From positions 10,296-74,295 of the forward strand of contig SIBH01000001.1 of NCBI GenBank assembly GCA_009695285.1: a stretch of 64,000 nt of DNA. The letters are read 5' to 3'. The stretch comes from Pedosphaera sp. (lineage in GTDB: Bacteria > Verrucomicrobiota > Verrucomicrobiia > Limisphaerales > SIBH01). Each line of letters begins with the position of its first letter. Within the stretch, counting starts at the first letter, position 1. The translations under genes and the position numbers were made by a program. The notes beneath the pieces are model-generated. The model saw only the letters and a list, made by a program, of their open reading frames with translations, did no database searches and was not told where the DNA came from. Positions 28,530 to 37,263 of the stretch are shown piece by piece.

Positions 28530-28979
28530 TCACGCGGCGACCTTGGCGCCGGCGGCCGGCGGCGGCGTCGCGGGCGTGGTGGCAACACCCGGATTCGCAA
28601 ACTCCCGCCGGGTCTGGCGGTCCTTTTCGCGGAGTGCCTCGTTCACGAACGCCTTGTCCTTGTAGTAGGGGCTGACGCCCTCCAGGTCGCGGTCGATGCG
28701 GGCCTTGGCCTCCGGGGTCTGCGCGCCGTAGAACGCGCGGGCCTGCGGGAGCTGTTTCTCGATGAGCCGCATCTCGCTCTCATGCTTCTGCTGGTCGCGG
28801 TAGAGAAAAGTCTCGATGGCGCGTTCAGGATGCTCCCTCACGAGTCGGGTGTAATACAAGACGTCGTCTGGGTTCGCTTTCTTGTGTGCCTCGATCTTCT
28901 TCTTCACCTCGGGGTTGTCGCGGAAGACGAGCGGCTTGGGTTTATCTGCTTCGGGTTTTTGTTTTTGGTCGATGGCCAT
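28530..28979 (-). CDS. Hypothetical charged/helical protein
   Basis: 149-aa ORF with Lys/Glu-rich, non-repetitive composition and tight spacing to its neighbours. Confidence 0.5.
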   Translation of the reverse strand: MAIDQKQKPEADKPKPLVFRDNPEVKKKIEAHKKANPDDVLYYTRLVREHPERAIETFLYRDQQKHESEMRLIEKQLPQARAFYGAQTPEAKARIDRDLEGVSPYYKDKAFVNEALREKDRQTRREFANPGVATTPATPPPAAGAKVAA

Positions 28980-28991
28980 ATGCGTATTTGG

Positions 28992-29285
28992 TTATGCAGC
29001 CTCTTTATGGGGTGCGGGCTGCGGCGGCACCGGACGGGATTCCCGCCCGAAGGGTTGGGTTAAGACAGGGTTGAACGGCGGCTCGGCCGGGCCTTGGACG
29101 AGGCGCAGGGCGAGGTCGAACTGGGCGCAGATGTCGGCGCACTCGTGGCGCGCCAGCGCGAAGGCCATGAGGCTTTTCGCCTCGATCTTCGGGCTGGCGC
29201 CGGTGAAACGCCCGTTGAGCTGGTCGGCGGCCGAGAAGAACTCGGCGGCGACCGCTTCGGGCAGTTGTAGGGTCAGGGTGATCAT
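28992..29285 (-). CDS. Hypothetical small protein
   Basis: 97-aa ORF (MITLTLQLPEAVAAEFF...) starting 5 nt downstream of the upstream gene's stop. No family was recognised. Confidence 0.45.
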   Translation of the reverse strand: MITLTLQLPEAVAAEFFSAADQLNGRFTGASPKIEAKSLMAFALARHECADICAQFDLALRLVQGPAEPPFNPVLTQPFGRESRPVPPQPAPHKEAA

Positions 29286-29289
29286 TTTG

Positions 29290-30009
29290 TTATGGGTTGG
29301 TGGGTGGGGTTAGTGGGGATGTGCCGGCCCTGGGACCCGGAGGGTCGGACCGGAACGAAGTGCTCGCCTGCCCGGGAGCCGGAGGCTCGGCGGAGGCGGA
29401 CGGGCGGCGGAGCGAAGGGACGGGGCCGATCTTCCGGGGCGTGGCCGGACTTGCCGCCGGGGCGACGGGGAGCGGACCGCGGCTGGGGGCGGCCCGCTCG
29501 GCGTCGCTCAACGGTGCGTCAGCAACGGTGAACCGTAAGCCGATGGCCACTTGGGTGAACCGCCGCTGCCGCGCCCTGCCGTTGGTGTGGAATTCGACGG
29601 ATTCGACCGCAACGCCGGGCTGCCGGGCCAGTTCCGTGACGAGGGCGACGTAGTGCGGCCATTCTTCCAGCCGTGGTGCGATCCGCTGGAGGAGCGCGCG
29701 GTGCGGTTGGCCGCCTGGTTCCGATTCCCAGCGCCAGTCTACGCCCAGTCTCTGCTGCAGGCCCGCGATGGCTTCGGTGCTCCACGCCTGCCGGGCGAGG
29801 ACCTTCCGCTGTTCACGCAAAGTGTTTCGCCCCTGGTCGTCGTTGCCGTGAAGTCGGTCGCGCTCGGCGGTGAGCGCGGTGACTTCGGCATCGGATTCCG
29901 GCGTCATGGGCTGCCACTGATGGGTGACAAACCAGACCGCACCGCAAATGAACGCGCTGGCACTGAAGGCGAACCACGCCGCGCGAGAAACTGGGCGCGC
30001 TCGACTCAT
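29290..30009 (-). CDS. PilO-like bitopic pilus-assembly protein (tentative)
   Basis: The start MSRARPV.. at 30009 makes an ATGA overlap with the upstream stop. It has one TM helix (AAWFAFSASAFICGAVWFV), a coiled-coil segment, an alpha/beta C-domain and a Pro-rich tail. The call rests on architecture and position only. Confidence 0.4.
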   Translation of the reverse strand: MSRARPVSRAAWFAFSASAFICGAVWFVTHQWQPMTPESDAEVTALTAERDRLHGNDDQGRNTLREQRKVLARQAWSTEAIAGLQQRLGVDWRWESEPGGQPHRALLQRIAPRLEEWPHYVALVTELARQPGVAVESVEFHTNGRARQRRFTQVAIGLRFTVADAPLSDAERAAPSRGPLPVAPAASPATPRKIGPVPSLRRPSASAEPPAPGQASTSFRSDPPGPRAGTSPLTPPTNP

Positions 30010-31247
30010 GGTCGGAACACTCCGGTCAGGGTGAAAGCGCCGCCGTGACCGGACCTGGCGGCCACGGTCCACGGGGCGTCAACGGGCGCGAGGCGCGAAC
30101 GCCAGTCTTCGATCAGGGTGGCGGGCGCAGTGGGCGCCAGCCACCCGTCGAGGGTGAGGTTCCGTCCCGAGGTTCGGAGCGATGTGATGACGATTCCGGG
30201 CGGCAAGGTCGTCGAAACCTTGGCCAGAAACGCGCCGCAAGGCGGCCCGGCGGAGCCGCTGTCGAGCGCGGCCCGCAGAGTCGCGATCTCGGTCGCATTT
30301 TCCCGCAGATGCCCGACTTCGGCCCGGAGCGCGGCCAACCGGGCCTGGCGTTGATCGGTTTCCGCGCGCGCGGCCATGGACTCGCGCGCGTAGCCCGCAC
30401 CGATCCAGCCGGCGAAGAGCAGAAACGCGAGGCTGGCGGCAATGACGGCGCGCTGTGCCGTGACCACGGGTAGCCGCGGCAGGAGCTGGGCGGGATGATA
30501 CCGCGGCAGCACGACCGGCCGGGCGAGCGCATCGACCAGTGGCAGACGGTCCAGGCCCGGGTGACAGTCGAGGGGCGCATAGGCGCCGAGCGCCTCGGCC
30601 ACTTCGTCATCAGCACAGAAAAGGAGCACCGGCTCCTCGGCGTTTTGGGCGAAGATTCCGGCGAGCCAGTGGCCCACTTCGGCCACGGTGGTATCGCCGT
30701 GCCAGAGCTGGACCGTCCGGCCGGCATCGGCGGGATGCCGATAGGCGACGGCCCGTTCCGCTTGCAGCGCCACAACCGTGACCGCCCCGGTCTCGCTCCA
30801 TTCCTCCGGCAACGCGTGGAGAAAGGTGGCGAGCGGCCACGCGGAATCAACCGCAAGGCCGAGGTGCGCGAGCCGCGCGGCGAGCGTGAACAGGCCTGGC
30901 TGCCCCTCGAAGTGGAGCAGCGTGGAGAAGCCGTTGCCGGCCGGCAGCACTGGCTCGTGGCCCCAGGCGTGGTCGGGATCTGCCAGCGCGGGAAATTCCC
31001 CGGCGAGAGCGGCGGCGAGGGTCGCCCGGTCGCCGTGCGGACACGCCACGGCGACCGACTCGAACACATCCGGCTGGTAGATCAGCCGGAGCCGGACGGG
31101 CTTGGGTTCGTCCGCGTAATGTGCGGCGAGCACTTCGGCGGCGTGCGCGAGGCTCGTGAATTCGCGCGAGGCACCGGTGCCGGCGAACCACCAGCGGTCG
31201 CCCCACAAGAGCAAGGTGCGCGGGTCAGATGGCCGTGATATAAACAT
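30006..31247 (-). CDS. PilM/PilN-like fusion protein (tentative)
   Basis: A cytoplasmic ~280-aa domain is followed by a TM helix (AVIAASLAFLLFAGWIGAGY), a coiled coil and a periplasmic domain, as in PilN. The start is uncertain: ATG 31247 overlaps the pilin gene end, and a TTG near 31214 is possible. Confidence 0.4.
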   Translation of the reverse strand: MFISRPSDPRTLLLWGDRWWFAGTGASREFTSLAHAAEVLAAHYADEPKPVRLRLIYQPDVFESVAVACPHGDRATLAAALAGEFPALADPDHAWGHEPVLPAGNGFSTLLHFEGQPGLFTLAARLAHLGLAVDSAWPLATFLHALPEEWSETGAVTVVALQAERAVAYRHPADAGRTVQLWHGDTTVAEVGHWLAGIFAQNAEEPVLLFCADDEVAEALGAYAPLDCHPGLDRLPLVDALARPVVLPRYHPAQLLPRLPVVTAQRAVIAASLAFLLFAGWIGAGYARESMAARAETDQRQARLAALRAEVGHLRENATEIATLRAALDSGSAGPPCGAFLAKVSTTLPPGIVITSLRTSGRNLTLDGWLAPTAPATLIEDWRSRLAPVDAPWTVAARSGHGGAFTLTGVFRP

Positions 31248-31983
31248 AAACGTCGGTGGTGCCGTTGACGGGGGCTGCATAGGCGACGACTCCGGTGTCG
31301 GAAGCGGCACCCTCGACCGGCGCCATCTGTGCGCCGTTCATCGCCAGCGCCAGTTCGTAGGCGTCTTTGGCCGGGCACCCGGGAATAACCAGATAGGCAA
31401 CGACGTAGTTCGCGTTGATTCCGTTGGTCGTCCCATCGAGCCGGAAGTTGGCTCCCAGGGCAGCGGAGGGCAGCAGCGAGGGATTGGCGGTTCGCGCCTC
31501 GACGCGGGTTATGGCCGACCAGTTGCGCAAGGGAGCCGCATCCGGGGTCATCACGAACGCCTGCACTGGTTGACTCCAGGTCATTTCGTTGCCGGTGCCG
31601 GTGGAGGCAAAGACCTGCGTGCCCATGCGAAGGGACAACGATCGCTCCAGCTTGCCGACGGCGAGGAGCACCGAATCCAGCCGGCCGCCATTGCCCTTGG
31701 CCGTGTCAGTCGCACCCGAGAGGGCGGCTCCGGAGCACGGGACCCCCGTGCCCTCGGTGCGCGGCAGGCTGCCGTTGCCGCCGGGCATGGACAGGTAGTC
31801 GGTCAGGGCGGTCTTGAGCGTGTTGACCGTGCCGGCCACCTGCTGGATGCGCGCGTTGCGCAGCGCGTCGAAGCCCTTGGGCAAAAGCAGTCCGACGAGG
31901 ATGCTCACGATGGCGAGCACGAGGACGAGTTCGAGCAGGGAGTAGCCCGGCGTATTGAGGAGTTTGTTTTTGGTTTGTTTCAT
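31225..31983 (-). CDS. Prepilin-type N-terminal cleavage/methylation domain protein (pilin/pseudopilin)
   Basis: MKQTKNKLLNTPG|YSLLELVLVLAIVSILVGLLLP: a class III signal with Gly-1, Glu+5 and a hydrophobic helix. 252 aa. Confidence 0.8.
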   Translation of the reverse strand: MKQTKNKLLNTPGYSLLELVLVLAIVSILVGLLLPKGFDALRNARIQQVAGTVNTLKTALTDYLSMPGGNGSLPRTEGTGVPCSGAALSGATDTAKGNGGRLDSVLLAVGKLERSLSLRMGTQVFASTGTGNEMTWSQPVQAFVMTPDAAPLRNWSAITRVEARTANPSLLPSAALGANFRLDGTTNGINANYVVAYLVIPGCPAKDAYELALAMNGAQMAPVEGAASDTGVVAYAAPVNGTTDVYVYITAI

Positions 31984-32022
31984 GCGGATTATGGGTTGTG
32001 GGCCGGGTGGCCCGTGAAAAAA

Positions 32023-33222
32023 TCAGAGAACGCGGGCGACCTGCTCGATGGTGGTGAGACCCGCGGCGGCGGCAGCGAGGCCGTGATGCCAGAGCGTCGC
32101 GCAGCCTTCTCGGTCGCGCAGGGCGGCCAGCTCGGCATGCGACGCGTCGGCTGCGATCAGCGGCAGGAATTTGCCGGCCGGGATCACCTCGTGAATTGCG
32201 AGGCGACCCCGGTAACCGCGACCGCGACAGGCCGGGCAGCCGACGGACCGGCAGAACCGGGCGTCGGGTATCCGGTGCAACTCGCGCAGCCGGGCGTTGT
32301 CCGGATGGGGCTCCTTGCATTCGGGACACAGCCGCCGCACCAGCCGCTGGGCGGCGACGAGCCGCAGGGACGCGGCCAACAGAAAACTCTCCACGCCCAG
32401 GTCGCGGAGCCGCGGTATGGCCGCCAGCGCGTCGTTGGTGTGCAGGGTCGAAAGCACCAGGTGGCCCGTCAGGGCCGCGCGCACCGCCAGTTGGGCGGTC
32501 TCGGCATCGCGGGTCTCGCCGACCAGCAGGATGTCGGGGTTCTGCCGCAGCAGCGCCCGGAGCGACGTGGCAAAGGTCAGGCCGATCTTTTCGCGGATCT
32601 CCGTCTGGCGGATGCCGGGGAACTCATATTCAACCGGATCCTCCAGGGTGTGGATCACCCGTTCGTGATGGTCGAGGGCGTGCAGCGCGGCATGGAGCGT
32701 TGTTGTCTTGCCGGAGCCGGTCGGCCCGGTGAGATAGATGATGCCGGCCGGCCCGGCGAGCGCCTCGCGCAGGGCGTCCGCCTGCGGGATGGCCAGCCCA
32801 AGTTCTGCGAAGTTCTGGTTCGGCATCGTCTGGTCGAGGAGCCGGATGACGAGGCTCTCGCCGTGGATCGTCGGCAGCGTGGAGAGACGCAGATTGAACC
32901 GCAGGTTGCGGTCGCGCAGCGTGGCCCGGCCGTCCTGCGGCAGTCGTTTTTCGGTGATGTCCATACTGCCGAAAATCTTCCCACGAGCGAGCAGCGCGTC
33001 GCGCTGGGCCACGGGCAACCGCAGGTGTTCGCGCATCTCGCCGTCGAGCCGGAAGCGGATGAGGAGGCCGTCCTCCTTGGGCTCGAAGTGAATGTCACTC
33101 GCCCCCTCGGTCGCGGCGGCGCGCAGGATGGTATCGAGAGTCCGCGTGGCATCGCCGCCCGCGTCGGACGCGGGAGTCGCGGTGCTGGGCCGGGTGCGCA
33201 GGTGCTGGAGGACTGAGAGCAT
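32023..33222 (-). CDS. GspE/PilB-family secretion ATPase
   Basis: Walker A LTGPTGSGKTTTL, Asp/Walker B region ILLVGETRD, His box, and the tetracysteine CPECK..CPACRGRGYRGR. The start codon overlaps the secretin stop by 1 nt (TGATG). Confidence 0.9.
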   Translation of the reverse strand: MLSVLQHLRTRPSTATPASDAGGDATRTLDTILRAAATEGASDIHFEPKEDGLLIRFRLDGEMREHLRLPVAQRDALLARGKIFGSMDITEKRLPQDGRATLRDRNLRFNLRLSTLPTIHGESLVIRLLDQTMPNQNFAELGLAIPQADALREALAGPAGIIYLTGPTGSGKTTTLHAALHALDHHERVIHTLEDPVEYEFPGIRQTEIREKIGLTFATSLRALLRQNPDILLVGETRDAETAQLAVRAALTGHLVLSTLHTNDALAAIPRLRDLGVESFLLAASLRLVAAQRLVRRLCPECKEPHPDNARLRELHRIPDARFCRSVGCPACRGRGYRGRLAIHEVIPAGKFLPLIAADASHAELAALRDREGCATLWHHGLAAAAAGLTTIEQVARVL

Positions 33223-34625
33223 CAGTTGCGGATCAGCCGGGGTGTCAGGAAAATCACCAGCTCGGTGCGGTTGCGAAGTTTCGCCTTGCTGCGAAATGCC
33301 TGACCCGCCAGCGGCACGGCCCCGAGAAACGGCACGGCGCGGGTGGACTCGCCGCTTTCCTCGGAGATCAGTCCGCCGATGACGGCGGTCTCCCCGTCTT
33401 TCAGCCGGACAATGGTGGAAGCCTGCTTCACCTCGGTGACCGGGGCCGTCTGCCGGCCGTCGGGGCTGGTCACGATGGACTGCAGTCGCGTGATGGCGGG
33501 CAGCACGTCGAGAGTGATGACCCCGTTGCCGTCGATCTGCGGCGTGACCGCGAGAATGGTGCCGATGGTGATGGTGGAAACCGAAAAACTTTCCTGCGTC
33601 TGGTTGAAGGGGGTGGTGGTGCCGCCCTGATTGAACGTCGTCGATTGCTGGAGTCTGAAAAACGGCCGGTCTTCACCCACTTTTATAAAAGCCGTCTGGT
33701 TGTTGAGCGTCCGGAGCCGCGGTTGCGCCACGGTCTTCAAGTCGCCCTGTTGCTTGAGCGCATTGATGATGGCGGTGGCGTGGCCCCAGCCGAGGTTGGC
33801 GGAGAAGGTGTTCGCGCTGAGGAGCGTGCCGCCGACGCCGGGGACGTTGACCGGCGCCCCCGCCGTGATGGTGGTGGCCTCGCCCAGCGAGACAGTGGCG
33901 AGATCCCAATCGACACCGAGCTTCTGTTCGTCGTGCAGGGTGACTTCGACCAACCGGGCCTCGATTTCGACCTGCTGGGTGATGCGGTGGTTGACGAGAG
34001 CGAGGAACGCCCGAACCACCTCATGCCGGGTGACGGGTGCGGTCACCTGGGCGAGCCCGCTGAACCGATTGACAACGAGACCGTCCCCGTCCTTCAGCAT
34101 CGTGCGGAGTTCGGCCTCCAGCGTGGTCCAGAACGTGTTCTGATTCTCCTGCGTGACGGAAATCTGCGTGGCGTCCGTCGCGAGCCCATTGACGCCGAGC
34201 GATTGGGACTGCTGTGCGGTCACGGTGTTGGTTTGTCCCGTGCCGTTGCCGCCATTGTTGGCGCCGCCGAGGGTAATCGAGGCGCTGCCGGAGCCGCTGC
34301 GGGTGAGTTGGGGATAGTCGATCGGATAGAGGACGGTCTTGAGCCGACGCACCATGATGGCTCCCGTCTGTTCCTCGAAATAAAACCCGAGCGGTGCGGT
34401 AAGACCGGAGAGCGCGGCGCGCAGTGTTCCGGCGGGCAGCTCGACGGTGACTTTGCCCGTGAGGTCGGGCTCGGCCGCGATGTTGGCCTGGGTCGAACGA
34501 GCGAGGACGCGTAGCGCTGCGGGCAGCGTCGCATTCTCGAAGCGGAGCGGCGGCACGGGGTGATCGAGCGGTGACTCGACGGCGAGTGCCACGCAGACAA
34601 GGAGGAGGAAGAATAGGATTCTCAT
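33222..34625 (-). CDS. Secretin (PilQ/GspD family)
   Basis: Signal peptide, N-domains and the canonical C-terminal secretin signature ..AVIGGLISE....VPFLGAVPLAGQAFRSKAKLRNRTELVIFLTPRLI. Confidence 0.9.
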   Translation of the reverse strand: MRILFFLLLVCVALAVESPLDHPVPPLRFENATLPAALRVLARSTQANIAAEPDLTGKVTVELPAGTLRAALSGLTAPLGFYFEEQTGAIMVRRLKTVLYPIDYPQLTRSGSGSASITLGGANNGGNGTGQTNTVTAQQSQSLGVNGLATDATQISVTQENQNTFWTTLEAELRTMLKDGDGLVVNRFSGLAQVTAPVTRHEVVRAFLALVNHRITQQVEIEARLVEVTLHDEQKLGVDWDLATVSLGEATTITAGAPVNVPGVGGTLLSANTFSANLGWGHATAIINALKQQGDLKTVAQPRLRTLNNQTAFIKVGEDRPFFRLQQSTTFNQGGTTTPFNQTQESFSVSTITIGTILAVTPQIDGNGVITLDVLPAITRLQSIVTSPDGRQTAPVTEVKQASTIVRLKDGETAVIGGLISEESGESTRAVPFLGAVPLAGQAFRSKAKLRNRTELVIFLTPRLIRN

Positions 34626-34637
34626 GCGTTGGTTGGA

Positions 34638-36311
34638 TCAGGGTTTTTCCAGCACGAAGGGCGTGGTGCCCGTGGTGGCGCTGGTTTGAAGCAGGGTGCG
34701 GCTGGTCGGGCGGTATTTGACGAATGCCGCGGCGACGGCGTTGAAGGTCTGGATGACGTTCGCGGCGGGGAGATAGGTTGCGTCGCCGGGCTGGCTGACC
34801 TGCACCGTGACTGAACCTGGCCCGGTGAGCTGGAGTTGGTTGCCGGTGATTGTGGCTGGTCCGCTCAGGACCACGTAGGTGACTGGAAGGCCGGATGAAG
34901 CCGAGCCGCCCAAGGTGAACACCGGAGCCCCGACCGGTTGATTGCCGGGAGAGGCAAATGCGATAGTCTGGGCCGTCTTGCTGGTAAAGACGGCCTGGAC
35001 ATTCTGGGAGCCCGTGAGGGTCACGAGAATGCTTAGCGCGGTGCCGGAGGCGTCGCCGGCCCAGCCGATAAAGCGATGCGTGGCATCCGGTGCCGCCGAG
35101 ACGGTTACGCTGGTGCCGTAGACATAGCTGCCGCCGGGGGTGACGTTCCCGCCTGCAGTTGCGCTGGTGGTGAGTGCGTAGAGTTTGGGGGTGAAGCTGG
35201 CCTGCACCGATTTGTTGCGATCAAGAGCGATACTAATCGGATTGCCGGTGCCCGCCGCATCACCGCTCCAACCGGCAAAATCGTGGGTGGTATCCGGGGT
35301 TGCGGTGACGGTCACGATTGCCCCGGCGCTGTAGTTTCCGCCGGGTGAGACGGCCCCACCCGAGCTCGCGCTCGTGATCAGCACATACTCCACCGGCGGT
35401 GGGGCGACGACCGTGATGGCGACCGTGACCGATTGCACCCAGCCGCTGCCGTCATTCGCCGCGCTGCGCACATAGTAGGTGCCGGCTTCGCTGAAGGTGA
35501 AACCGGCGGTGCGCGTCGAATCCGCGCCGCTGCCCACGGGACCGCCCTGATACGGTGCGCCGGTGGCGAACCCGCCTTGGAAATTCCAGTCACCCGCTGG
35601 CCGCTGGATGTCCAGATTGTGCGCCGTGATATTGCCGTCGGGGTCGGTGGTGTGACTCGTGATGGTCAGCGTGGTGCCGGCGGTGATGGTCTGCGCGCCG
35701 GGCGCGACCAGCGTCACAGTCGGCGGCGTATTGGGAATCGGCTGGAAGACGGCCGTGACGCTCATGTCCGCATCCAAGGTGATCGTCGCCGGATTTACGG
35801 CACCGCTGAGCTCACCTTGCCAGCCGGCGAAGTAATACCCGGCGCCCGGCGTGGCTGATACGGTCACCGTCTTGCCCGCTGGGTAAGTCCCACCGCCATT
35901 TACCGAACCGGATCCGTTGGCGGAGGCGGTAAGCGTGTAGCTCAAAGGCGATGCCACGTTCACATACACCAAGAGCGTGTCCAGATACCCCCAGCTCCCG
36001 TCCTCGCTCACCGACACCCAGTAGTAAAGCGTGGCGACGTGGGTGCTGCCGGAGATCCCGCTGAAGTTGACGTATTCACTGCCAGGCCCGGTCTGGATCC
36101 ATGCGCCGTTGGCGCCGGTCATGTAACTGTAGTTGCGACCTCCCGTGCCGCCGCCGGTGGAGACCGGATCAAGCAGCAACCGGCCGGTGTCAGTCAAAAC
36201 CTCGAAGGTCACTGACCCGCCGTTCGGCCCGACTTGGAACGGCCCGTAGTCTTGCGCCTCCGTGCCGGAAAGCAGACTCAGAAAAGCAATGAGGAAGGGG
36301 AGGGTTTTCAT
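34638..36311 (-). CDS. Secreted repeat protein with InlB-B/Listeria-Bacteroides-type repeat domains (adhesin candidate)
   Basis: Signal peptide MKTLPFLIAFLSLLSGTEA. There are at least three repeats of the form ..GG.V.PGG.Y..G..VTV.A.P...F.GW.GD..G..NP....L....V.A.F.P, plus an Ig-like middle region. Confidence 0.75.
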   Translation of the reverse strand: MKTLPFLIAFLSLLSGTEAQDYGPFQVGPNGGSVTFEVLTDTGRLLLDPVSTGGGTGGRNYSYMTGANGAWIQTGPGSEYVNFSGISGSTHVATLYYWVSVSEDGSWGYLDTLLVYVNVASPLSYTLTASANGSGSVNGGGTYPAGKTVTVSATPGAGYYFAGWQGELSGAVNPATITLDADMSVTAVFQPIPNTPPTVTLVAPGAQTITAGTTLTITSHTTDPDGNITAHNLDIQRPAGDWNFQGGFATGAPYQGGPVGSGADSTRTAGFTFSEAGTYYVRSAANDGSGWVQSVTVAITVVAPPPVEYVLITSASSGGAVSPGGNYSAGAIVTVTATPDTTHDFAGWSGDAAGTGNPISIALDRNKSVQASFTPKLYALTTSATAGGNVTPGGSYVYGTSVTVSAAPDATHRFIGWAGDASGTALSILVTLTGSQNVQAVFTSKTAQTIAFASPGNQPVGAPVFTLGGSASSGLPVTYVVLSGPATITGNQLQLTGPGSVTVQVSQPGDATYLPAANVIQTFNAVAAAFVKYRPTSRTLLQTSATTGTTPFVLEKP

Positions 36312-37261
36312 TGGACGGTGATGGTGGCGTTTTCGCGGAGCCGGAACCGGAGCGCCTCGACGCCCGGCAGGCTGGTCCCGCGGTGGATGGTGATGAGGCG
36401 CCCGCCGAGGATTTCGGGCGTCACGTTCGCCCCGGAATTCGCGGCGGCGGTGAAGGAGGGCGAGACGTTGTTGAATGAAACGAAGGCCGAGTCGGTCGCG
36501 TGATTGTCGTTCACCGTGACGGTGAACTTCGGCAGCACGATGCGGCGGACGCAGAGCCGGTAAATCTGGGTCAGCCCGCCGCTGCCCTGCGTCCAGGCGT
36601 CAAGCTGCGTCGGAGTCAGTTTGCCTGTCCAATAGGCCGGTGGCTGGGCGGTCCGGCTTTCCCAGTCACTGTTCCACAGTGCGTCGAACCAGGCGGCGGA
36701 TGTCTCGTAGGCGGGCAGCGCGAGCTGTTCCGACCGTGCGGTCAGACTGACGAGCAGAAAGCGCTGCCGTCCGGCCTCGGACGGTCCCGCGAAGAGCAGC
36801 CGCGGATTCCCCGTTTGATTGTAGGTGATCTGCCCCAAGGCCGGCTGTGCGGTGGTGGTGGGTGCCACGCCAATCTGCGGGGATACACCCCGGGCACGGG
36901 CGATCTTCGCAAACCAGTCGGCGGCGGCGGTCGTGGCGGAGGTGGCGTTCGTGGACGAGGAAAACCGGGTCGCGGTATCGCTCGTTCCGATGGTGCCGGG
37001 GAGTGCCGCGACGTTGTCGTTCGTGAGGTCGGTCGCGTCGAAGGTGGAGGCGATGGCGACGGCCAGCTCATCCAGTGACTTGGCCTCGGCGTCACGTCTG
37101 CCGCGTTCGATTACCTCCCGGAGCGAGGGCGCAATGGTGGCGGCGAGCAGGCCGAGGACAAAGAGGACGAGGACGATTTCGAGCAGCGAGAAACCACGCA
37201 GCGCACGGAGCCCGTGGGTCCGCAACGCGGAGTTTCCGGTCAGGTAAGAATGGAGCATCAT
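36308..37261 (-). CDS. Large prepilin-type protein (minor pilin/pseudopilin)
   Basis: Real start MMLHSY.. at 37261, 2 nt after the GspF stop. Class III signal LRALRG|FSLLEIVLVLFVLGLLAATIAP. 317 aa. Confidence 0.75.
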   Translation of the reverse strand: MMLHSYLTGNSALRTHGLRALRGFSLLEIVLVLFVLGLLAATIAPSLREVIERGRRDAEAKSLDELAVAIASTFDATDLTNDNVAALPGTIGTSDTATRFSSSTNATSATTAAADWFAKIARARGVSPQIGVAPTTTAQPALGQITYNQTGNPRLLFAGPSEAGRQRFLLVSLTARSEQLALPAYETSAAWFDALWNSDWESRTAQPPAYWTGKLTPTQLDAWTQGSGGLTQIYRLCVRRIVLPKFTVTVNDNHATDSAFVSFNNVSPSFTAAANSGANVTPEILGGRLITIHRGTSLPGVEALRFRLRENATITVQ

Positions 37262-37263
37262 GG

